Shown piece after piece: positions 22,549 through 32,251 of a stretch of 64,000 nt of DNA. The notes beneath the pieces are model-generated. The model was not told the origin of the DNA, made no database searches, and was given only the letters and a program-made list of their open reading frames with translations. The position numbers and the translations under genes are program-made. The DNA lies in NCBI GenBank assembly GCA_965240325.2, contig OZ251225.1:3782001-3846000 (forward strand). Direction: 5' to 3'. This DNA comes from Rebecca billardiae RCC1528. Lineage: Eukaryota > Protista > Haptophyta. Numbering within the stretch: the stretch's first letter is position 1; the number at the start of each line of letters is the position of its first letter.

Positions 22549-22919
22549 ACTATACCGACAGGCGACGACAGCGCGCCTTTGTGACAGCTACGACTGATGA
22601 TGTCTTATTAGATGACGTCTGACGATGCTGCGTCATCTGTCATTACGACACGTACAGTAGGCTCTGTCAGTAGCTAGTACGTACACTGTCACTTGGACAC
22701 CGTGACGTCCGCCGACACACTCGTAACGCAGGCTTAGGCGCACCGTGCTGGCAGGCGAGATTACATATAATAATATCAGCAGTTATTTGTCATACTCTTA
22801 ATAATAATTCATCGCGCGCGCTGCTAGCAGCACTGCTCAGCAGCACAGCTCAGGCGCAGGCGAAATTGTAGCGTGACGAGTAGTACTGATGTCGTAGTAG
22901 TAGCAGCAGGCAAATTTCT

Positions 22920-23753
22920 TTATTCAAACCACTGCTTTATATTCTGCTTCGCATTGAACTTGGAATGCTTGGCCGCCGTCTCCTCGAGCACAGCGCGCAG
23001 CTACGCGTTGAAGGCGTCGGCGCCGCCAAAGCCTGCCTCGAGGATCGCAAGCAGCAGGTCCTTGTCGCGCTCCGACGTGCAGTCCGCGAGGCGCAGGTCA
23101 ATCTCCGACGGCTCAAACTCGGCCTCTGGCTGCGTGACCAGGAGCATGCTCTCCGCCTTGCCGCCCATCTCCCAGAAGGTGAACACCTCGATCAGGCACC
23201 ACAGCCGGCGGTAGTAGCTTGGCCCGACCAGGCACACCAGGTCGTGGCACGCGGCGAGCCACACGGGCAAGCACTGGAGGGACACGGCGATGTCGGTCTG
23301 GTCGATGCAAAACTTGCTGCTCGGCGCACGCGCGGCGTCGACAGAGAGTGGAGAGGGGGGGGGGGGGGGCAGTGCGCCAGCGTGCCCGCAGCGGTGAGCG
23401 TGCCGCCGCTGAGCGGATCAGCGCGCGCGGCGCAGGCGCTACCAACGAGCAGCCGGAAGGCGGCGCCCACCCATCGCACGCGCGGAGCGGTGCGGCGGTG
23501 GGGTTGGTGCGCGGCGCGCACTCGATCCAGACGGTCGGCTCGCGCTGGTGCGAGGCGACAAACGCCGAGCGCCAGCGCTGCAGCTGCTCCCACTTGGCGT
23601 CGGCGTCGTCTTGCCCTGGCAGACGGCGCGGCACGCGCGCGCGTGTGCACCGGGGGCGTGCCGGTGAGCTGTGGAGGCACTGCACGGGCGAGCCGGCCCG
23701 CGCGTGGTGGAGCTGAGCTGAGACGCGCGCGGCTGCTTACACGGCGCGCGCAC

Positions 23754-23789
<36 letters not shown>

Positions 23790-24887
23790 CGTGGGCGCGC
23801 GCGCGGGCGGGGTGGCGCGCTGCGCTTGACGCACAGCATGAACGCGTCGACCTCGCAGAGCCGCGCGCTCTGCGTGAGCTGTAAGAGCGCGGGGTTGGGC
23901 TTGGAGTCCGCCATGGGCGCGCGCGTCACCCTGCCGATTGGCACGCAGCGGAAGAGCCGGACCGCCTGGCGCTGGATCTCCTCGGGGTCGCCGTCGCCGA
24001 TCATCAAAGAGATGCCCGCCGCGGTCGTGATGGCCTCGGGAGCGTGCGGCGAGGCTCGCCTGCAGCCACACGCGGATGGAGGGCGTGAGCATCACCACGC
24101 TCACCGGCATCATCGCGCAGAGCATCACGATCTCGGCGCTCCGGTAGAAGGCGCGGAAGCACGCGCCGCCCCGCGCCGCGTCCATGGCGATCGGCAGCAC
24201 GCACGAGAGGCCGAGCACGCCAAAGGTGACGCCCATGTTGCGCCAGAGCAGGTCGAGGCGGCGGCGCGCCGTGAGCGGGCTGAAGGACATCGCCACGCCC
24301 ATGGCGCCCTTGAAGCCGCCGAGGCACATCAGCAGCACCAGCTTCGCCTGCCAGCTCGCCTCGCACGCGCACGGAGTCGGTGCGCTCGTGAACGCGTTGG
24401 CGCACTCGCCCGGGGGCCGGCCGCGCTGGGCGGCACGGGAGCGCAGGAAGAGCAGGCAGAACACCGAGACGAAGCCGAAGCCCATCACGATGAAGCTGAA
24501 GGACACGAGCCACGCCAGGCGCGTGTACCGCGGCAGGATGCCCGTCATCGTCGCGAGCGACGCGATCGGCACGACGGAGCCGAAGTAGATGACAAAGGCG
24601 TTGCAGTCGGATTTATGGGCGTGCATGCACTGGGCCATGCCCACGCCGGCGCCGATCGCCGCGGCGGCGGTGGCGATCGCCGCGACGGCGAACGAGGGCA
24701 CAACCACCGACCAGTAGAAGTCGCTGCCCTTCTCGTGCACGCGCTCCAGGTGCGCGCGGATCTCGGCCGGCTCGCCCGCGCCCGACGGGCGTCAGTGCCC
24801 GCCAGTGACGTGCACCGCGACGTGCGAGCGATCAGCGCCCGCTTCGAGCAGGGGTGGCGGGTCCGGGGATGAGCACCGCGCACCCAT
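22920..24887 (-). pseudogene. Disrupted multi-TM protein with C-terminal TIR/HET-like domain
   Basis: ATG 24887; in-frame TGA 24792-24794; TM helices; +1 frameshift near 24038 (restores RSEAITTAAGISLMIG); intron 23317-23521 gives VWID|KFCIDQ; LPVWLAAC..GPSYYRRLWCLIEVFTF; TAG 23001-23003 with the frame continuing LRAVLEE.. to TAA 22920-22922. Confidence 0.7.
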
Positions 24888-25070
24888 CGTGCCCGCCGCG
24901 CGCGTTCCGCAACGGCGGCGCTGTCGTTTGCGTTCTTCGATCACGCGCAGACGAACAGGCGGGCGGTGTAGGCAACGGCGGGCCGATTCCGCTCCACATC
25001 ACGACCCGCAAAAGGCTCGATGAGGAATTGATGACGGTTTCCTGGTATCTAGATAGTCATACACAAGTGA

Positions 25071-25206
25071 TTTTTAAATTCCCCTTTATAACGGGCTCCG
25101 GGTGATCAGACTGGCGGCCGAAGCCTCCAGCCCTACCCTGGCCAGCCCCCAACCAACCACCACCCTCACCCAACCTCAAACCACTGACCGATACACCGAG
25201 TGCCTT
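25071..25206 (-). repeat. 136-bp dispersed repeat, copy 1 (SINE/retroposon-like; identical to 45371-45506)
   Basis: tttttaaattcccctttataacggg...gatacaccgagtgcctt identical in both copies; the minus strand ends in an A-run. Confidence 0.9.
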
Positions 25207-25355
25207 GACACCACTCCGCTACTGTATATTTACATGAGTAATTGAGTACATCGATACTCACAGCAGTACTTCATCTCTCAGAGTCTCAAGTTCTACCGGG
25301 TACTATCTAATCAACAATATGATAGGCAAGCGGGCTCGCGTCCGAACATACCCTA

Positions 25356-26851
25356 CAGGTCGCTGCTTCGTTTTTCGGACTGCTTCGTTTTTCGGACCCG
25401 GGCGATGGCGACAGTGGCTCGCTCATCGGCGGGTGCGTGGCGGGCGCGCCGCGGCAGGGCCGAGCAGCCTGTCGGCGCGTGGGGTGACGTGCCCGTCACT
25501 ATACGTCACCAGTCGGGTCGCGGTGCCTGCTGGTATCGTCCTCGGCCGCTCGCAGCTCAGGCGCTGCGCTGATCGGTACGCCCGCGCTTACGCTGTGCGC
25601 GCCGGCCGGGCCCAGCGCAAGCGCCTCGATGAAGGCGGCTAAGGGCGTCAAGCCGTACTCGGTTGAGGCGAACGCGGAGACCTACAAGATATAGCGAGCG
25701 GTAGTTGCCCAGAAGGCGGCTGCCATGCGGTGGTGTTGGGGCGCGCGGCTGCGTGCTCGGCCGACAACGAGCCCTCTGGCGTGCTCGCATCATCGAAGTT
25801 GAGTGTGTTCACAGCCACGCCGGCGGGGATGCGCTGGAAGATTGCTCCAGCCTTCCGCGCCAACGTTGAGCTTGCCAAGCAGTAGTCGGCACGCCAGGCC
25901 GCCAAGCTCGCGCGCCTGCGTGAGCAGCACGAGGCCGAACTTGTTGACGTGCGCTAGGCTGAGGCGGTGAGGTTCGACGCGGCTGAGCTCGCCGACCAGC
26001 TCGGTATCCTTCCTGTACCCGCCGTAGAGGTCGCCGCGCCGAAGCCGGACAACATGCGGCTCAATGATGGCCAGAATGACTCGTGGTCGTTGCGGGAAAT
26101 CAACCAGAAGAAGTCCGCGCGAACTGCGCAGAAGGAGGCGGAGGCAGCGCGTGCGCGTGCTGGCCCGCGGTCCGAATGTTCACCCGGTCGACGTCGACGG
26201 CGAACGCCGGACGGTGCCCGCGGCGCAGGGTCTGGAGTCGCTGACATCGACAGTCGCCTGGTGAGCATGCTTACCTGCCCCTGGGATTGGCTGCTACACG
26301 CACGTGATGTCTGGAATGTATGATGCCGTCAGCCCGACTCGAATGGCCTACCAGGCCGCAGCTGCTAGCAGACTCCGCGTGCGTGCTGAGAGCATGCGGT
26401 CCGAAAGTGGTCGACGGTGCCCGCGGCGGCGCAGCCGCAGCTGCCGCCTGGGGCTGGCGCGGAAGCTGAGTGAGCAGGTTCGTCCGTTCCTGAGGTGGTC
26501 TACTGCATGTATGTAATGTCTAGAATGCATGATGCCGTTACGGCCCGACTGGCACGTGTACGGCTCACCAGGCAGCGGCTCTGACTCGGCGCGCGCGCTG
26601 AGAGCCCGCGGGTCCGAATAAAGTTGAAGCATGCCGTCGGCGGCCCCGTCGTGGACCTCGTGGCGTCCGTGGGGCACATGGTAGTGGAACAAAGTCGTCT
26701 AAATGGTACATAGCCGCTGGGTTGTACCTCAGGCACACCCTGGGGGTGCCGCCAGACGCGATCTCGAGCCCGCAGACCCCCGGGGGCGCCGCCGCCATGG
26801 TGCACAAAAAGTGAACAGCAATCGGGTCCGAAAGTTGAAGCAGCTGACCTG
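25356..26851 (+). mobile_element. Decayed TIR DNA transposon (~1.5 kb)
   Basis: Left end CAGGTC-GCTGCTTCGTTTTTCGGAC versus reverse complement of right end CAGGTCAGCTGCTTCAACTTTCGGAC; flanked on both sides by TACCCTA (25349-25355, 26852-26858); GGTCCGAA at 26169, 26398, 26611, 26825; internal stop-interrupted reading frame. Confidence 0.8.
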
Positions 26852-26869
26852 TACCCTAAATGAACGGAC

Positions 26870-29800
26870 TTACTCAACCTCAGCCACGCCCGTGCCACCC
26901 GGCGCGTTCGCGCGCTCCAACGCCTCGCGGTACGCTGCCTTGAGCGCGTCCGCGCGCGCAGCGTTGCCCGCCTTCGCGTGCGCGCCGATCAGCCTGCGCA
27001 GCAGCTGGTGCTGCTGCCGCGTCGCCGCCGGCAGCAGCTGCGCGCACTCGTCGTCCTCTGCGCCATCCGCCGAGCTGTCGCGCACGAGGGCGAGCGCGAT
27101 CTCGACCGCCTCGAGCCCCGCCTCCCACCGTCGGAGCTGCGCGCCGCGCGCCGGCTCGGCCGCGCCGCCCGCCTCGTGCAGCGCGCCGAGCTCGAGCTGC
27201 GCCGCCGCGGCGAGCCGGCGCGCGCGCGCGCGCACGGGCGCGCCGCTCGCGCCGCCCGGCGCGCGCGAGGCGGCCGCGCCCGCGCTCTCCGCCGCGCGGT
27301 GCAGGCTGCGCGCCGCGAGCGTGGCGCGCGCGCGCGCGCTCTCGCCGTTGGGCTCGGCCGCCGCGGCCCACGCGTGCAGCGCGCCCGCCTGCAGCGTCGC
27401 GCCCGTGCCGACGAGCGCCGCGCCCGCGTCGGCCTCGCCGATCTCCTCCGCGACGCGCGCGGCCGCGTCGAAGAAGTCGAGCGCCGCGCGCACGGACGCG
27501 CCGCCGTGCGCCGCCGGCGCGTGCTGCTGCGGCTGCGCCGCGCGCGGCTGCGCGCGCGCGCGGCCCGCGTGCACGCCGCCGAGCTCGGCGAGCGCGGCTG
27601 CCATCTCGCGCCGGACAGCCGGCCACAGCCGGTGCGCGGGCGCGGCGTGCGCCCTCGGCGCGCCCTGCAGCAGCTCGGTGGCGCGCTGGTAGCACCGCAG
27701 CGCCTCGTCCAGGTAGGAGCACGCCAGCGCGCGCGCCTCGTCAGAGCAGACGGCGAGGGCGAGCGCGGGCGCGCGCGCGCCCGCGCCCGCCGCGCAGTGC
27801 AGCACGGGCGCGCCCGCCTCGAGCGCGCGCGCGCGCGCGCGCCAGAGCGCGCCCAGGTTGAGGCAAACGAGCGCGTGGTTGGGCGCGTCGCCCACCGCGC
27901 CGAAGAGGCGCGTCGCGCCGCGCAGCCACGCGTGCGCGCCGCCGAGCGCGCGCGCCGCCATCAGCGCCTTGCCGCGCTCGTTGCACGCATCGGCGAGCGC
28001 GCGCGCGCGCGGCCGCACCTCCTGTGCTAGCTCCTCGCGCGCGGGGACGGCGCGGCCGCGCGCGCCGTCCGTCGCGGCGCGCGCGCGCGCGTCGAGCGCG
28101 CGCGCGAGCGCGGCCGCCGCCGCGTCGGCGCACGCCGCCGCGAGCACTCGCAGCGGGGGCGCGGGCTCGCCCGCCGCGCGCGCGACCAGCTCGCAGCCCT
28201 CCGCCTCCGCCCCCGCCTCCGCCTCCGCCTCCGCTGGCGCGGGCGCAGGCGCGGGCGCTGAGGGCTCGGCTGGCGGCGGCGGTGCTGCCGCGCCGTGCTC
28301 GGCGGCGCCATCGGCGGCGCCCTCCGCCGCCGCCGCCGCCGCACCGGGCCCCGCCCACTCCGCGCGCGGCGGCAGCAGCGGCTGCAGCCAGCTGCAAGCC
28401 ACCGCCTCGGCCGCGGCCGCGCGCGCGTCCGCCTGCGCCGCGGCCGCCGCGGCCGCGCGCCCCTTCAGAGCGTGCAGCCGCTCCCACGCCGCCTTGAGCA
28501 CGAGCCAGGTGTCGCCGAGGCACTCGGCCGCGCGCGCGAACGCGCGCACGCTCTCCCAGTTGCACGGCGGCGGCGCAGTGCCCGCCCCGCCCGCGGACGC
28601 CGCGCCCGCGCGCGCGCGCCCGCCCGCGTCGCCGCGCGCCGCGCCGCCGCCCTCCGCCGCCGCCGCCTCGGCCGCCTGCTGAGCCGCGCGCGCGAGCTCG
28701 GGCACGATGGCGTCGAGCTCGGCGCGCAGCTGGGCGGCGCGCACGCGCGCGGGGGCGGCGCCGTCGCCGCCCGCGCCGCCGCCCGCGCCGCGCTCCGTGC
28801 GCCCCACGGCGCCGCCCTCGCCGCCGCCCTCGGCGCGCGCGGCCGCGGGCGCGCCGGCCGGCGCCGCGCCCGCGCCCGCGCCCTGCGGTGGCGGGCCGAG
28901 CTGGGGTGCGCCGAAGCGGCGGAGCGGCGGGTGCGGAAGGAGCGGGTCACAGCCGGTGAGCACGTCGAGGGAGATCGCCAGCAGCGTGCCCGCCGCCTGC
29001 AGCGCGCACGCCAGCTCGAGCACCGCCTCGGCCGCCTCCGGCGGCGCGGCGCCGGCGGCGCGCGCGCCCGCGCCGTCCGCGGCGGCGCGCACCGCCGCCG
29101 CGAGCGCCGCGCTCGCATCGCACAAGTCTGCGCAGAGGAAGGAGACGTGGAGGTCGATGAGCGCGGGCGGGGGCAGCGGCAGCGGGTCGGGCTCGGCGTG
29201 CCGGGCGGCCACCGCCGACGCGCACGCCGTCGCCACGTCGCGCACGAGCTCCAACGCCTCGCGCACGCGCGCCGCCGCCTCGGCGCGCGCGCGCGCGGCC
29301 GCGCCGCCGCCGCGCTCGGCGCCGCCGCTGTCGACGCCCGCGCCGCTGCCGCCGCCGTCGGGCTCGGCCTCGGCGTCGGCGCGCGCGGATGTGCGCGCGC
29401 AGGGCGCGCACAGCACGCGCAGCAGCTGCGCGCCCGCGCCCGCCCAGCCGGCGTCGCGCGCCTCCACGTCGGCGCGCGGCGGCAGCAGCGGGCTCGCCAG
29501 CTCGGCGGCGGCGGCGCTGGTCGGCGCGTCCGCCGCGGCCGGTCTGCACGGCCGCTCCGCCGCCGGGCCGCGCGCGGCGGCGGGCGCGGCGCTCGGCGGC
29601 GCGCCGTCCGCGCCCGGCGCGACGGCGGCGCCCTCGCCCCACAGCATGAGGCGCTGGGAGCGCGCGCGCGCGAGCTCGGACGCGGCGATCGAGTGCATCA
29701 GCGGGTGCACGCCCGAGAGCAGCCGCGTCGCGAGCGCCAGCAGCCGCTGCGACTCGGCCTGCGGCAGCGGCGCGCCGCGCGCCGCGCCGCCGAGCGCGCC

Positions 29801-31621
29801 GCCGAGCGCGCCGGCCGCGCCGCCGGCGCCGCCGTCCGTGCCGATGTTCGTCGCGAGGCGGTACGCGAGCATGCCCACGGCGAACGCGGAGCCCGCCTCG
29901 GGCCCGCCGCCCGGCGGCCGCTCCGCGTCGAGCGCGCGCGTCTCATCGAGCGCGCGCGTCTCGAAGAGGTGCGCCTCGTCCGAGCCGTGCTCGCGCAGCA
30001 GGTGGTAGGTCGAGCCCTCGCGCGTGCAGTGCGCCTGCAGGAAGGAGAGGACGCGCGCGGCGGTGGCGGTGACCTCGTCCACGTCGAAGGCGGGGGCGAA
30101 GCCGTACGCGCACGGCCAGTACGGCAGGTCGTCCGTGTGCATCACCTTCCACCCGCGCACAATGCCGCGCACGTGACCGCAGATGGCCACCTCGGGCGCG
30201 CCCGCCATCAGGTTGTCCAGCCAGTAGTCCAGCACCGCGCCGGGCGTGATCTCGCGCTCGAGGTCGCACAGCTGCAGCGTGATCGCGGCGTGCTCGCTGT
30301 TGGCGAAGACGAGGGTGTCCGAGCCGAGCAGCAGCTGCCAGCCGCGCAGCTCCCACCGCAGCAGCTGGCGGAACCGCGAGTGCGGCTGCGGCACAAACTC
30401 GTCCGGCTGCGGACGCGACGCGGCGCCGCGCAGCTCGGCGGCCGCGCCCGCGCGCGCCGCGTCCACCGCCTGCGCGCGCGCCGCGCCGCCGCCGCCGCCG
30501 CCGTCGAGCGCGGCGGCGGCCGCCGCGCTCGCCTCGGCGGCGCGCGCGGGCGGCGCGAGCATCGGCACGCGCGCTGGCATCACCAGCGTCGGCCGCGACG
30601 ACGGGCTGCCCTCCGCCGGCACGGCGCCGCTCCCGCCGCTCACGGCAAACGACGCCATCGCCGCGCGCGCCGCCGGCCGCCACGGCTCGAGCGTGCGCGC
30701 GCCCCGCGCGCCCTCCCGCCCAGCCGCGCCCGGCTCGGCGCCGCCGCTCGGCGGGTCGCCGCGCTCCGCCCCCGCGGGGCCCGCCCCGCCACGCCGCGCA
30801 CCCGGCGGCTCGCCCTCGGCGCCGCTGCCGAGCGAGCGCCAGAGCGCGAGCTGCGACGGCGGGCGGCCCTCCAGCTCCGCTGAGGGCGGCGCGCCGTCGG
30901 CGGGCGCGGCGGTGCCGGGCGCGCGCGCGGGCGACGTGGCGGGTGCCGCCGCGCCGGGCGCCGCGGCGACGGGCGTGCCCGGGGGCTCCCAGAACGTCCA
31001 GCGCGTGTCGCCCTCGCCGCCGCCCGCCGGCTCGCCGCCGCTCGGCGCGGGCGGTGGTGCGTGCGGCGGGGGCGAGGGCGCGCCCGCGCTCGAGCTGGCG
31101 CTCGTCTCCGTCGGGCTGGGCTGGCCTGGCAGCGCGGCGAGCGAGTGTTGCACGAGCTTGGAGTACAGCAGCCCGTCCGGCCCGCGCGGCCGCGCGCCGC
31201 GCCCGCCGCCCTCCGCCGTGAGCATCGGCGCGGACTCGGGCGGCGGCGTGGCGTGCGCGTGCTCGTGCGCCTCGCCGTCGATCACGAGCGCGCGGCCGAT
31301 GCGGTGGATCGGCAGGGAGACCTGCGCGCGCGAGAAGGGCAGCTTGATCAGCTGCTTGAACGTGTCCGCAGAGCCGAAGAAGTGCGCGCTCCGCGCGTCC
31401 CCGTGCGTCATCAGGCTGCTCGACGCGAGCTCTCGAGGCGCGCTCGGCTCGGCCGGCTGGGAGGCGCGCCTCGTCATCGCGGCCTCGGCCGCCGCGCCCG
31501 GCCAGTTGGGCGGTAGTGTGTTGAGGTCCGTGTCCGCTGGCGGCTTGCACAGCTCGAGCACCGGCGCCGGCGCCATCGGAACAAGCGAGCCGTCTGGCGG
31601 CGCGCTGCCATCCGCCGCCAT
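26870..31621 (-). CDS. EDRF1: Erythroid differentiation-related factor 1-like protein with C-terminal TPR-like helices
   Basis: FKQLIKLPFSRAQVSLPIHRIGRALVIDG; LLLGSDTLVF; LDYWLDNLMAGAPEVAICGHVRGIVRG..TDDLP; VLSFLQAHCTREGSTY; ADACNERG, NHALVCLNLG. Confidence 0.8.
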   Translation of the reverse strand: MAADGSAPPDGSLVPMAPAPVLELCKPPADTDLNTLPPNWPGAAAEAAMTRRASQPAEPSAPRELASSSLMTHGDARSAHFFGSADTFKQLIKLPFSRAQVSLPIHRIGRALVIDGEAHEHAHATPPPESAPMLTAEGGGRGARPRGPDGLLYSKLVQHSLAALPGQPSPTETSASSSAGAPSPPPHAPPPAPSGGEPAGGGEGDTRWTFWEPPGTPVAAAPGAAAPATSPARAPGTAAPADGAPPSAELEGRPPSQLALWRSLGSGAEGEPPGARRGGAGPAGAERGDPPSGGAEPGAAGREGARGARTLEPWRPAARAAMASFAVSGGSGAVPAEGSPSSRPTLVMPARVPMLAPPARAAEASAAAAAALDGGGGGGAARAQAVDAARAGAAAELRGAASRPQPDEFVPQPHSRFRQLLRWELRGWQLLLGSDTLVFANSEHAAITLQLCDLEREITPGAVLDYWLDNLMAGAPEVAICGHVRGIVRGWKVMHTDDLPYWPCAYGFAPAFDVDEVTATAARVLSFLQAHCTREGSTYHLLREHGSDEAHLFETRALDETRALDAERPPGGGPEAGSAFAVGMLAYRLATNIGTDGGAGGAAGALGGALGGAARGAPLPQAESQRLLALATRLLSGVHPLMHSIAASELARARSQRLMLWGEGAAVAPGADGAPPSAAPAAARGPAAERPCRPAAADAPTSAAAAELASPLLPPRADVEARDAGWAGAGAQLLRVLCAPCARTSARADAEAEPDGGGSGAGVDSGGAERGGGAAARARAEAAARVREALELVRDVATACASAVAARHAEPDPLPLPPPALIDLHVSFLCADLCDASAALAAAVRAAADGAGARAAGAAPPEAAEAVLELACALQAAGTLLAISLDVLTGCDPLLPHPPLRRFGAPQLGPPPQGAGAGAAPAGAPAAARAEGGGEGGAVGRTERGAGGGAGGDGAAPARVRAAQLRAELDAIVPELARAAQQAAEAAAAEGGGAARGDAGGRARAGAASAGGAGTAPPPCNWESVRAFARAAECLGDTWLVLKAAWERLHALKGRAAAAAAAQADARAAAAEAVACSWLQPLLPPRAEWAGPGAAAAAAEGAADGAAEHGAAAPPPPAEPSAPAPAPAPAEAEAEAGAEAEGCELVARAAGEPAPPLRVLAAACADAAAAALARALDARARAATDGARGRAVPAREELAQEVRPRARALADACNERGKALMAARALGGAHAWLRGATRLFGAVGDAPNHALVCLNLGALWRARARALEAGAPVLHCAAGAGARAPALALAVCSDEARALACSYLDEALRCYQRATELLQGAPRAHAAPAHRLWPAVRREMAAALAELGGVHAGRARAQPRAAQPQQHAPAAHGGASVRAALDFFDAAARVAEEIGEADAGAALVGTGATLQAGALHAWAAAAEPNGESARARATLAARSLHRAAESAGAAASRAPGGASGAPVRARARRLAAAAQLELGALHEAGGAAEPARGAQLRRWEAGLEAVEIALALVRDSSADGAEDDECAQLLPAATRQQHQLLRRLIGAHAKAGNAARADALKAAYREALERANAPGGTGVAEVE

Positions 31622-32251
31622 CCTGATGATTTAATTCGCGCCGCGCCAAACGGCCGCCAAAATTAATACCGAAATATGCGCGCGGCCGCGCGCGCAATCG
31701 ACGACGGTGGTCAGCAGCGTCTCACCCGCCACTGTCCGGTGTGGCAGCGCACAGCACTGAGTGTCACAGCACAGCTGCTGCAGTTATTGCTACTAGTGTG
31801 CCGCTGGACTGCCAAGTCATATCGATCACACGCTATGGTCCTACTATGATATACTGCCAACTACTGCTTTGTCGTACTGAACTACTACTACGATTCCGAT
31901 ATCGTCTCGACTCCGCCCGCGCGGAACGTGCGTGTGACGGTGCGCGGATCGCGCCGCCACGCTCCCCCGCCGGCCCGCACGAGTCCCGCGGCCGCACCGG
32001 GCAACAATAACTCGAGGCTGTGCCGATGCCAGTGCGGGTCACTCCGAAGACTCACCCACCCCGCGCACCCGCCGTGCCAAGCAAGATGAAGAATGATGCT
32101 GAAGGAAGTGATGAGGAGATCCGCCCGCCGTCGGACAGCTCACGGCTTGCTGACGCTTGACGCTGTGACGCTGTGCCCGCCGAGGCCGGTGAGCTGCGCG
32201 TGGCGCGCTGCTCGTCCATGCCGCGCCGCAGGCACGCCCGCGCCGCACGCC

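Noticed and set aside
23001-25957. In-frame TAGs as evidence of stop-codon reassignment
   Set aside because: Intact genes here end in TAG (22548, 56734, 61989), and the interrupted frames also carry frameshifts, so decay is the simpler explanation.
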